DNA of 15,342 bases from Leidyana gryllorum EB-2025a (lineage: Eukaryota; Protista; Apicomplexa). Location: assembly GCA_048772705.1 (NCBI GenBank), contig JBLWGC010000199.1, positions 1 through 15,342 on the forward strand. Direction: 5' to 3'. The translations under genes and the position numbers were made by a program. The notes beneath the pieces are model-generated. The model saw nothing but the letters and a program-made list of their open reading frames with translations, was not told the origin of the DNA and made no database searches. This document shows positions 1 to 8,400 of this stretch, piece by piece (position 1 is the first letter of the stretch; each line of letters starts with the position of its first letter).

Positions 1-54
1 CTCAGCTGCAGCTTTGGACGAGAGATAGAGCGTCGGGCCAACCGACAAGCAACG

Positions 55-126
55 GGGCCGTTCTGGGAATCGAACCCAGGACTTCTTCCACCCGTAGGAA
101 GAATCATACCACTGGACCAAACAGCC
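55..126 (-). tRNA. tRNA-Pro(CGG), slightly degenerate
   Basis: Revcomp GGCTGTTTGGTCCAGTGGTATGATT-CTTCC TA CGG GT GGAAG-AAGTCCTGGGTTCGATTCCCAGAACGGCCC; position 33 is A instead of T. Confidence 0.8.
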
Positions 127-214
127 GCCTGAGGTCGTGCAACGCGGTGAGCACAGTCGCGAGAGTGGTCATACGATGTTGAGAATCAACAAAATGCGAC
201 GGGGTCTGCACAAA

Positions 215-287
215 GGGCGACTAGCTCAAATGGTAGAGCGCTCGCTTAGCATGCGAGAGGTACTGGGATCGATGCCCAGGTCGTCCA
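215..287 (+). tRNA. tRNA-Ala(AGC)
   Basis: GGGCGAC/GTCGTCC acceptor with G3:U70; CTCGC TT AGC AT GCGAG; eukaryotic ATCG T-loop; T6 run at 312-317. Confidence 0.95.
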
Positions 288-568
288 AGCTTCGTAGTCT
301 GCAAGTGCCGCTTTTTTACTACAGAGTTGAAAGCTTTCAAGTGTGCCCTTTACCCTTGGCTAGACTCGGGCACCGCAGTATGTGTGAAGGTTGCCTCAGA
401 GCCCGGATTTCCGAGTTTGCATTTTACAATCACACACTCTGCCGACTAAGATACCAGAGTCAGTTACAATTTTTCAAAGGTCAGTAGAGAGACGCGTGTT
501 GCATGTGTCCAGTTGAGGGAGCGCTAGCCCGGATGGCTCTACCAACTCTTTTTTGGGAAGGACTGATC

Positions 569-640
569 GGTTACTTGGTGTAGTGGTTAGCACTGGAGAC
601 TCTAAATCTCCCGACCTAGGTTCGATTCCCGGAGCAACCT
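569..640 (+). tRNA. tRNA-Gln body with CTA (amber) anticodon; possible suppressor or pseudogene
   Basis: GGAGA CT CTA AA TCTCC anticodon arm; paralog at 2317 has CTG; A:C mismatches in acceptor and T stems. Confidence 0.75.
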
Positions 641-703
641 CAAAACTAGTCCTCACTTTTTCGTGAAACCTCGCCACTTCTCTTGGTCTGCGGGACCTTC
701 GCC

Positions 704-776
704 GCAGCCATGATCTGGTGGTCACCACGTTTGCTTAACACGCAGAAGGTCCCGAGTTCGATCCTCGGTGGCTGTA
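704..776 (+). pseudogene. tRNA-Val(AAC), degenerate D arm
   Basis: GCAGCCA/TGGCTGT acceptor, TT AAC AC loop, intact T arm GTTCGATCC. Confidence 0.75.
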
Positions 777-831
777 GCTCGCAACTTTCAGCGACAACCA
801 AATGAGACAATCTTAAGGGGAATCAACTGTG

Positions 832-940
832 CTCTGAAACCAAGCATCGAATCCGGGTATTCCGCGTGACAGGCGGAAATACTGACCAGACTTTTGGGGT
901 TGAAGTCCGGTGCGTTGACGAGCGTCCGAGATGAAATAGT
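832..940 (-). pseudogene. tRNA-Asp(GTC) pseudogene broken by a micro-inversion
   Basis: TTCCGCGTGACAGGCGGA matches the Asp gene at 2579-2650; its 5' end (TCCGAG) is now on the + strand at ~925. Confidence 0.7.
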
Positions 941-997
941 TCCTTCTCGAGACTTCACCGACACAAAACATGCCATGTGGCGAGCCAAGAACACGGC

Positions 998-1077
998 GGC
1001 AAGATGGCCGGGTGGTCTGAAGCGCTGTGTTCAGGCCGTAGTTCTAAATCGCGTGGGCTCTAATCTCACGCTTGTCA
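998..1077 (+). pseudogene. tRNA-Leu(CAG) pseudogene
   Basis: Degenerate copy of 2742-2821; T-loop mutated (GGCTCTAATC). Confidence 0.75.
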
Positions 1078-1149
1078 TGCATACTATGTCAAAAACCACG
1101 GAATGCTATGACGTCTGCACAGCGGGCGACTAGCTCAACGCTGGATTGT

Positions 1150-1220
1150 GCATCTGTGGTCTAGTGGTAGAATGTCTCGTTGCCACCGAGACAACCCAGG
1201 TTCGATTCCCGACAGACGCA
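1150..1220 (+). pseudogene. tRNA-Gly(GCC), degenerate
   Basis: Copy of 3281-3351 with 5 substitutions, including T-stem and acceptor mismatches; an Ala 5' fragment lies just upstream at 1124-1138. Confidence 0.75.
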
Positions 1221-1364
1221 GGAGGCACGCCTCAAACCGCCGTGGCAAATTAACAGAAACGCTAACAACCTGGGTCGGCACGAGGCCGGGGCATTCTGAC
1301 ACTTGATGTAACAACCCCCTGACATAGAATCGAATGTGAGTTACGCGGTGGCACGGCGGTGATC

Positions 1365-1438
1365 GCTCCCCTAGCTCAGCTGGTTAGAGCATCGGCCTTA
1401 TGTGCCGAAGGTCGAGGGTTCGATCCCCCCGGGGAGCA
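1365..1438 (+). tRNA. tRNA-Ile(TAT), intronless
   Basis: GCTCCCC/GGGGAGC acceptor; TCGGC CT TAT GT GCCGA; GGTTCGATCC; one T-stem mismatch. Confidence 0.9.
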
Positions 1439-1525
1439 AATCCACCCAATGACAGCCGAACGCGACCGCCGAGTACTCCAGCATTTGACACCTATGAGTG
1501 CCCTAGCCGGGCAGGCCGACCAGGA

Positions 1526-1756
1526 GGCTGTTTGACCGTAAGGTATCATTCTCCCTCGCTTGGAAGAACGTTGCAAGTGGGTGTTGTAGCTCAGTCGGCA
1601 GAGTCCACCCCCTAACCACTCGGGCAAGTTGCCACCTCCAACTGGGCATCTTGCGCCCAGTGCCGTCACATACGGTTCAGCAAGCTCGACTCGGACGTCT
1701 CGCGCTGCCCGAACCTGCGGTCTCCCCTTGCGCTCTACCGACGGACTGGGGGCGGC
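1526..1756. pseudogene. Cluster of tRNA remnants (Pro 5' part +, unidentified tRNA 5' fragment +, Ser 5' half -, Lys remnant -)
   Basis: GGCTGTTTGACC; TAGCTCAGTCGGCAGAG; TAACCACTCGGGCAAGTTGCC; CTTGCGCTCTACCGA...GGGCGGC. Confidence 0.6.
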
Positions 1757-1853
1757 AACGAAGCTCGGACTTAGTAACAAATTCCATTCGTATTGATCGT
1801 TGGGAATTTGGGCCTTCCTCGGGTACACGGCGAGTATCAGAGATGCACTCACT

Positions 1854-1927
1854 TGGTCACGCCCGGGCTCCAACCGCGGACTCAGAACTTATTAGGCTCA
1901 CGCTCTGGCCGCCTGAAATACGCGACC
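1854..1927 (-). pseudogene. tRNA-Ile(AAT) pseudogene
   Basis: Revcomp GGTCGCG TA TTTCAGGCGGCCAGAGC G TGAGC CT AAT AA GTTCT GAGTC CGCGG TTGGAGC CCGGG CGTGACC A. Confidence 0.65.
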
Positions 1928-2053
1928 GCTTCAGCGTTGATGTGAACAGTCACTAGCCGAAGGGTGTTCAGCAAAGCCTTATGATTGGTACTGAACCGGC
2001 CACTACCAATTCGCACGGGATTCCCGATGGAAGGCGTAGCCCGTTCCACTCTC

Positions 2054-2135
2054 GAGAAGGTGGCCGAGCGATTAAGGCGGCGGCCTGCTAAGCCGTTGGG
2101 TTTCACCCGCGTGAGTTCGAATCTCACCCTTGTCG
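2054..2135 (+). tRNA. tRNA-Ser(GCT), slightly degenerate
   Basis: CT GCT AA loop, long variable arm GGG TTTCA CCC, GTTCGAATC; G:G mismatch in acceptor. Confidence 0.85.
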
Positions 2136-2316
2136 GTTGCATTTGAGAAAAAGCGCAACTGCTTGAAGGATTTAAGTGAGCTTTCTGTCCCACCCAAATC
2201 CAACGCCTACGCTGGGCGCTTTATACAGGAGCGACTTAAAATATTTCAGAGGTCAGTAGAGACCCGTGTTGCGTGTGTCCAGTTGAGGAACAGACTCTTC
2301 TGGGATGGGCTGAGCC

Positions 2317-2388
2317 GGTTGCGTCGTGTAGTGATTAGCACTGGAGACTCTGAATCTCCCGACCTGGGTTCGATTCGCGGCGCGACCT
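2317..2388 (+). tRNA. tRNA-Gln(CTG), degenerate
   Basis: GGAGA CT CTG AA TCTCC; substitutions in D loop and T stem. Confidence 0.75.
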
Positions 2389-2450
2389 TGGAACTGGTCC
2401 TCACTACTCCCTGAAACTTCGCCATGTCTTGGGCTGCGGGGACCATCCGT

Positions 2451-2522
2451 GCAGCAATGGTCTAGTGGTTACGACGTCTGCTTCGCACGCAGAAGTCCCG
2501 ATTTCGATCCTCGGTGGCTGTA
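2451..2522 (+). pseudogene. tRNA-Val body with CGC anticodon (probably from CAC)
   Basis: Paralog of 704-776; TCTGC TT CGC AC GCAGA; G53>T and 1-nt loss in the variable loop. Confidence 0.7.
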
Positions 2523-2578
2523 GCTCGCAACTTTCAGCGAGAACCCGAAGCAGAGAATCTCAAGGGAAACCATCTGCG

Positions 2579-2650
2579 TTTCGAGACCGGGAATCGAACG
2601 CGGGTCTTCCGCGTGACAGGCGGAGACACTAAACACTATACTGACTCGGA
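2579..2650 (-). tRNA. tRNA-Asp(GTC), degenerate
   Basis: Revcomp TCCGAGTCAGTATAGTGTTTAGTGTC TCCGC CT GTC AC GCGGA AGACCCGCGTTCGATTCCCGGTCTCGAAA. Confidence 0.75.
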
Positions 2651-2741
2651 CGCTCCGAACACGCCGGCCTCCAATCCCAGAAGTCTTTCTATTTCGGCTC
2701 ACGGACAAAAAACGCGTGGAGCGACGAACCAACAAGACTGC

Positions 2742-2821
2742 GGCAAGATGGCCGAGTGGTCTAAGGCGCTGTGTTCAGGCCGCAGTCCGAAAGGGCGTGG
2801 GTTCGAATCCCACTCTTGTCA
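2742..2821 (+). tRNA. tRNA-Leu(CAG)
   Basis: TGGCCGAGTGGTCTAAGGCG D arm, TT CAG GC loop, CCGAAAGG variable arm, GGTTCGAATCC. Confidence 0.95.
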
Positions 2822-2891
2822 GCCGTTGTATTGTATTGGTAGGTAGTCCCCTCTCTTCACTGATAGACAGGTCGTTCGAGCTACATACGGC

Positions 2892-2962
2892 TGCACCTGC
2901 CGGGACTCGAACCCGGGTTACGACCTTGGAAGGGTCGCATCTTACCCTTAGACCACAAGTGC
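2892..2962 (-). tRNA. tRNA-Gly(TCC)
   Basis: Revcomp GCACTTG...CGACC CT TCC AA GGTCG...GGTTCGAGTCC...CAGGTGCA. Confidence 0.93.
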
Positions 2963-3112
2963 AATTGCGAAAGAGTTGCAGCACCCCGAGACACTCGGGC
3001 GATTTCTGCGCGCCACCGTCCGCCATACACCCAAAATTGTCCACCGACTTCAAACTCATTGGCATGTGGTCAGGGATGGATTTCCAACATCTTCAACCTT
3101 CAGGTCATCTTT

Positions 3113-3184
3113 AGGGCACGCGCGGAGTTGAACCACGGACTTGCTGATCTGCAGTCAGCTGCTCTACCACTGAGCTACGTACCC
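3113..3184 (-). tRNA. tRNA-Cys(GCA)
   Basis: Revcomp GGGTACGTAGCTCAGTGGTAGAGCA GCTGA CT GCA GA TCAGC...CGTGCCCT; U73 discriminator. Confidence 0.95.
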
Positions 3185-3280
3185 ACAAAACACCCGTCAT
3201 ACTCGCTCAACTCGATTTTGTCTTCTCGTTTGAAGCAAAACGGCCGTTATTGTGCACGAGCTTGAACAACAACGAGTCAT

Positions 3281-3351
3281 GCATCTGTGGTCTAGTGGTA
3301 GAATGTCTCGTTGCCATCGAGACGACCCGGGTTCGATTCCCGGCAGATGCA
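3281..3351 (+). tRNA. tRNA-Gly(GCC)
   Basis: Fully paired cloverleaf GCATCTG/CAGATGC; TCTCG TT GCC AT CGAGA. Confidence 0.95.
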
Positions 3352-3484
3352 GAAGACACATGATTGTTTTCCCACCATTCCAGGGATTCACGCTTGAGTT
3401 GGTGTTTGACCCCTCCAACCACATCGCACGACAACTGCTGGATTTGAACGCAACTTGTCCCATCGGGTGAACCGACGACCAAGA

Positions 3485-3551
3485 GGGCTGTGCTGGGAAT
3501 CGAACCAGGACTCCACCCTGAGGAGGGGTCATAGCACTAGACCAAACAGCC
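3485..3551 (-). pseudogene. tRNA-Pro(AGG-type) pseudogene with deletions
   Basis: Shortened copy of 9517-9588. Confidence 0.7.
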
Positions 3552-3691
3552 CATCGGTCGGTGGTGCAAATGGCTGGTACAGTCGAGAGACTGGTCATAA
3601 TATGTCAAGAACCACTAAATGCTAGGGGGTCTGCACAGCGGAATGATACAGCACAGCCACGACCGATGGAGTTGATGCCCGTCACATAACA

Positions 3692-3773
3692 CGACAACTG
3701 CTGGATTCGAACCAGCGCGGGCCAGGCCCAATAGACTTCTAGACTAACCCCTTAACCACTCGGGCAAGTTGCC
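3692..3773 (-). tRNA. tRNA-Ser(AGA), degenerate anticodon stem
   Basis: Revcomp GGCAACTTGCCCGAGTGGTTAAGG...CT AGA AG...GGGCCTGGCCC...GGTTCGAATCCAGCAGTTGTCG. Confidence 0.8.
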
Positions 3774-3834
3774 ACCTGTCGAATTCGACATGTCGCGGAA
3801 GTGACCAAATACCCCCATGTTCAGCCTGCCCTGC

Positions 3835-3905
3835 GGCATTGATAGATGTCTAAACTGACCTCTCGCGTGCAAAGTCACCGCTCTACCACTTGAGATTGCC
3901 GCCGA
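3835..3905 (-). pseudogene. tRNA-Ala(TGC)-like remnant (second copy ~9970-10040)
   Basis: Revcomp contains CTCAAGTGGTAGAGCG...TT TGC AC GCGAG AGGT; T arm lost. Confidence 0.5.
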
Positions 3906-3990
3906 CCCGCCAAACCTAGGTGAACTTCCAATCTGAGACCGACTCACAGTTCTCTGGCGAATCATTCGTCAGTGCAACTGTTGTGACTCG

Positions 3991-4063
3991 TCCACTGTAG
4001 TCTAAGTGGCTAGGATATGCGGCTCTCACCCGCACGATCCGGGTTCAAGTCCCGGCAGTGGAA
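3991..4063 (+). tRNA. tRNA-Glu(CTC)
   Basis: TCCACTG/CAGTGGA; TGCGG CT CTC AC CCGCA; GGTTCAAGTCC. Confidence 0.95.
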
Positions 4064-4123
4064 CTCCAGCTGAGTGTGCTTGTAGGCAACAGTTCCATTC
4101 TTACTCCCAGGGAAATAGATGCA

Positions 4124-4142
4124 CACCGCCCGCGGGGCTCGC
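4124..4142 (-). pseudogene. tRNA-Lys(CTT) pseudogene, 3' part, split by the retrotransposon
   Basis: CACCGCCCGCGGGGCTCG matches the intact Lys at 11557; the rest resumes at 9026. Confidence 0.9.
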
Positions 4143-4336
4143 TGTAGGCTGGAGGCCACACCCATAAGTCTGTGTCTCGGTGTCTCCAGTGCCGGCCGGC
4201 ACCGGGTGAGGAGACACGGAGACACACACACGAGCGGAGTCAGTGAACATTTTTAGTTACGTGGAACTACGAACAATGCACTTACGAAACCGCTGCCTAA
4301 CAACAGACCCCGACGTAGATCTAAAGGAAACTTACA
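4143..4336 (+). repeat. 5' LTR (194 bp)
   Basis: TGTAGG...CTTACA; identical to 8827-9020. Confidence 0.97.
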
Positions 4337-5445
4337 CTGGTAGCAGTGCGTTCGCACCCATCACGGATCCGACGGAAGCAGAACTTGCGAATGACCAAGA
4401 TCAAGGCCCCGGACCGAACGGAAAGGCATCTGAGGAGGCCCACCACAGCAAAAATGATGATTGGGCAGTACAGAAGAAACTGGAAGACTTGGAAGCGAGC
4501 CAGGCAGAGCTAATTAAACTCGCTATCCGACTGGCAGCCGAGGCAATTACCGAACAAAGCCAGAGCAAATGCAGGACCGTCATGAGCGAGCCCATGGAAA
4601 CCGATGAGCGAAGGGCCGAAGACGCTCTACGCAAGCACGAAACGTTCGGTGGGAAGGAATTCGGAAAGGCCCGAGATTGGTTGGACGGGTGTTCCGCGAG
4701 ATTCATAGCGAGCAACGTTCAACACGACAAAAGCAAAGTTAGAGCGGCTTGCAGACTTCTGACGGGGGCAGCGGCACGATGGTTCCTCAGCAAACCAAGC
4801 ATCTTGGACGCAACGTGGAACGACTTCCTCGCTCGAATGACAACAGCATTTGATACCCGGGAATCCCTGGAGGACGACCTGACGAAGCTCACACAGCTTT
4901 CAAAGAAAGGCAGCATGGAGACTTATGTCACAGAATTCAGGAACCTCACAAGAGGCATAGACGAACGAATCGGGCAGAAAGCATTAAGCAATCTCTTCTT
5001 CAGGGGACTACCGAATAGCGACCGACTAGCACTCATCCCATGCTTAGGAATGGACTTGGACATAATTTATGACAGGGCACTACAGTACGCCAGTCTCACA
5101 GGCATCCCAACGAGGGGAACGGAACACTGCCTCTCAATTAGTCCCCAGACACAACGAGTAGGATCAAGGGGGTGCCCATTTACCAGAGAGGAATGCGCTC
5201 GCGAACGCAGATGCTTCAACTGTGGAGCGCTGGACCACATGGCATGGAAGTGCCCAGAAAGAAAATGGCAACAAGGACCTACGAAGAGAAGACACCCAAA
5301 CGAACCACTTACCGGTGCAAACAAGACGCGCAGAGTTTTCACGGTCCACACGCACGACGACCAAGAGGATTTTCCGACATCCCAGGACCGCGTGGCAACC
5401 GGTATCCAGCGGGAGACCAGCCAAATAGACTTATGCCAACTGTGA
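4276..5445 (+). CDS. gag: Gag (capsid-like domain + CCHC zinc knuckle)
   Basis: Long ORF with LTGAAARWF/TWNDF/YVTEF retrotransposon-gag motifs and CFNCGALDHMAWKC (5212-5253); start uncertain (ATG 4276 inside the LTR, or 4582). Confidence 0.9.
   Translation: MHLRNRCLTTDPDVDLKETYTGSSAFAPITDPTEAELANDQDQGPGPNGKASEEAHHSKNDDWAVQKKLEDLEASQAELIKLAIRLAAEAITEQSQSKCRTVMSEPMETDERRAEDALRKHETFGGKEFGKARDWLDGCSARFIASNVQHDKSKVRAACRLLTGAAARWFLSKPSILDATWNDFLARMTTAFDTRESLEDDLTKLTQLSKKGSMETYVTEFRNLTRGIDERIGQKALSNLFFRGLPNSDRLALIPCLGMDLDIIYDRALQYASLTGIPTRGTEHCLSISPQTQRVGSRGCPFTREECARERRCFNCGALDHMAWKCPERKWQQGPTKRRHPNEPLTGANKTRRVFTVHTHDDQEDFPTSQDRVATGIQRETSQIDLCQL
4338..4350 (+). promoter_or_regulatory. Primer-binding site, initiator tRNA-Met type
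   Basis: TGGTAGCAGTGCG 1 nt after the LTR; complement ...CACTGCTACCA resembles the eukaryotic iMet 3' end (CTGCTACCA). Confidence 0.8.
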
Positions 5446-8400
5446 CCATACAGTGGAGAATCGAGAATCCAATCCAGACCAAACTGAACCATAACGCGTG
5501 TGTACTAATCGACACCGGCGCTAGCATAGCATGCATCCATGCCCAAATAGCTCAACAATTGCGGCTCGAAAGGACAGGGGAGAAAGTGACATTACAAGGA
5601 GTAGAAGGAAAAATCGAGTGCGGCACTACTCACGTTCGGCTGACGACACCTCGGGGACAGAAAGTGACGATGAAGGCAGCAATAGTTGAGGAACTCCCCT
5701 ACGATTTGATACTCCCAACCTGGGCAATTCACGAACTACGTCTGTGCATAGCGGTGGGGAATGATAAACGAATATGTGTCCTGGAAGGTGTCGTGATACC
5801 ACTAAAAGGCGATATACCCACGGAACAATGGACAAAGGGAACGCACCGCGTGGCCTGTACAACAGAGACCAGCTCACAGCTTAGACCCATAACGAGCCCC
5901 ATCGATATCCCGGACGAACATTTAGCCATACTCACGCAATTCCCGGCGGTTCTAGCTCAAACACCGCCGATGCCACCATCACGGCCGGGCATCGACCACA
6001 GAATCGAACTAAAGGACCCAACGGTGACACCATTCGTGAGGCAACCTTACCGAATAGCACAGAAGTATATGACAGAACTCCGAACACAAATAACAGAACT
6101 GACCAAACTTGGGAAAATAAGACTCAGCACCTCAGAGTGGGCCAGCCCCTGCCTCTTCGTGCCTAAGAAAGACACGGCAGTCCCTCGACTTGTGTGCGAC
6201 TACCGGAGGCTTAACGAGGCCACACGAAAAATGGCTTCCCCGATACCATCGCTCGAGGACGCCTTGCAGTGCCTCGCAGGAGCTCAGTGGTTCTCGACAC
6301 TCGACCTAAAGGCCGGATACCACCAGATAAGAATGCACGAAGATTCCATCCCTTTAACTGCGTTTGCCACCCCTTGGGGCTTGTACGAATGGTTGGTAAT
6401 GCCCAATGGACTCACCAACGCCCCAGCGACATTTATGGTACTCATGAATCACCTGCTGCATGACCTTATAGGCCAATGCGCCTTCGTATACCTGGATGAC
6501 GTACTGGTTTACTCCAGGACGGAGGAAGATCACAGACGCGACCTGGCAACAATCGTAGAGCGCATACATCAGGCACAATTGGTCCTGCACACACGGAAAT
6601 CACACTTCTTCAAGAGGAAAGTCGACTTCCTTGGTCATGTGATCTCAGCAGAGGGCATCACACCTAGAATGGATAAAGTCGCAGCACTTCAAGCGATTGA
6701 GTTCCCACACACGCTAAAACAAATGCAGAGCGTACTCGGGGCATTTAACTACTACAGACGCTTCATAAACCGATTCGCGACCACGGCGGCTCCATTATAT
6801 GCGGCAACCCACGGCCTTAAGAAGCCAGGCGACAAGATAGTGAAAACCGAAGCCGCAGCGAAGGCCCTCCAACAACTGAAAGACGATTTGGCCAATACGA
6901 TACAACTCCGTTTCCCGACGCCCGACTCAGACGAGTTGATAATCAACACGGACGCCAGCTTGACAGCCATCGGAGCTGTGCTTCAACAGGAAACATTGGA
7001 AGGCATACAACCCATCGAATTCCTCTCCAAAACACTTACCAAGACTCAACAGCGATATCCGACACATGAAAGAGAGCTTATGGCCATTATCACGGCGTGT
7101 CGGCACTGGCGATATCTCCTAATAGGCCGGAAGACAATCATTCGTACAGATCACAAACCCCTCACTCACCTCATGACACAAAATCACCTCTCGGATAGAC
7201 AAGTCCGGTGGCTCGCAACGCTGGCAGAACTTGACATCCAAATTGAATACATCAGCGGAACACAAAATATCATCGCTGACTTATTGAGCAGACCACGAAA
7301 AAATAAAGACACAAATGAAAAGGGCGAATGTTTAACGGCACAAATTACCCATGAAGCGGAATCGGGGGACTCAGCACAACCAACGGACACATCGGAACAA
7401 CAAACCCGAGCAAGCCTGGAGGAGCTAATCCTCGAAAAATGGCGAGGCCGTGAAACGGAAGCAGGACAGTTTGGTCAAGTGGAATGGATACACGGACTAC
7501 CGGTGACACCGGAGGGAACTATCGAAATCCCGGCGGACAGAGAATTAATCCGAAAAATCATATATGACAGTCATGACAGCGCTCTGGCTGGCCACCTAGC
7601 GGCTGACAAGACGATGGGGCGAGTGAGAGCACTCTTTGCGTGGAAAGGGATGTCAGCGGACATCATAGAGTACTGTCGGTGCTGCGATGTATGCCAGAGG
7701 GCAAAGCGTCGCAGCCACAAACCATATGGTTTGTTGCACCCCGTCTCAAACCCCACACTGCCGTGGGTAGAAGTGGGGATGGACTTTCTAGACCTCCCCA
7801 GAGACGAGGACACAGGTCAAGACTACTTGCTGGTGGTTATAGATCGACTGTCAAGACGCATCAGACTAATACCTTGTCAGAAGACCATCACAGCTGAGGA
7901 GTCAGCAGCGTTGTTTCTGAACAACATTGCAAAAATCCACGGTATACCTCGAAAGGTGATTTCAGACCGCGACCCCAGATTCACGTCAAAGTTTTGGACA
8001 TCTCTGATGAACTCATTAGGTATAAATCTGGCAATGTCATCATCCAGACACCCTCAAACCAACGGGCTTACGGAGCGAACCAACAGGTCAACACTACAGA
8101 TTTTAAGATGCGCTCTTCAGGGACACGCGAATCAATGGACACGGCATATAGCCAGCACGGAGATGGCCTACAATGCGGCCATACAGAGCTCAACGGGCAT
8201 GACACCATTAGAGGTGGACACGGGAAGAACAACTTTCCTGCCCTCAAACCTTGCAGACATTTGCTCACACCGATCGACAATGGGGCAACTGTACACCCAG
8301 AAACTACAGGAGGCGTTCGACAGACTGAAGGCGGCCACTGATAGACAAAAAGCCAACGCGGACAAGCACCGACGAGACGTGACCTTCGAAGAGAACCAAT

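Larger units (their letters stand above)
478..1077 (+). repeat. Duplicated Gln-Val-Asp-Leu block (copy at ~2250-2821)
   Basis: Same gene order and alignable spacers, e.g. AGGTCAGTAGAGA..CGTGTTGC.TGTGTCCAGTTGAGG. Confidence 0.9.
3485..4063 (+). repeat. Duplicated Pro-(Ala)-Ser-Ala remnant-Glu block (copy at 9517-10194)
   Basis: Near-identical spacers; Ala(AGC) mostly deleted in this copy. Confidence 0.9.

Noticed and set aside
393-470. Possible minus-strand tRNA remnant; similar faint remnants at ~10745-10780, 10870-10900, 11090-11170, 13768-13835 and 13982-14057
   Set aside because: Only partial D-arm or anticodon resemblance; identity and boundaries cannot be supported
569-640. RIP-like mutation (three TG>TA changes in Gln-CTA)
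   Set aside because: Other decayed copies show mixed transitions, transversions and indels, and the two LTRs are unmutated
137-4231. Many 60-165 aa ORFs left of the retrotransposon
   Set aside because: They overlap tRNA genes on both strands and translate tRNA motifs; no protein features
4338-4350. Priming by a tRNA from this window, or Tf1-like self-priming
   Set aside because: No tRNA here ends in CACTGCTA, and no convincing complement was found within the LTR
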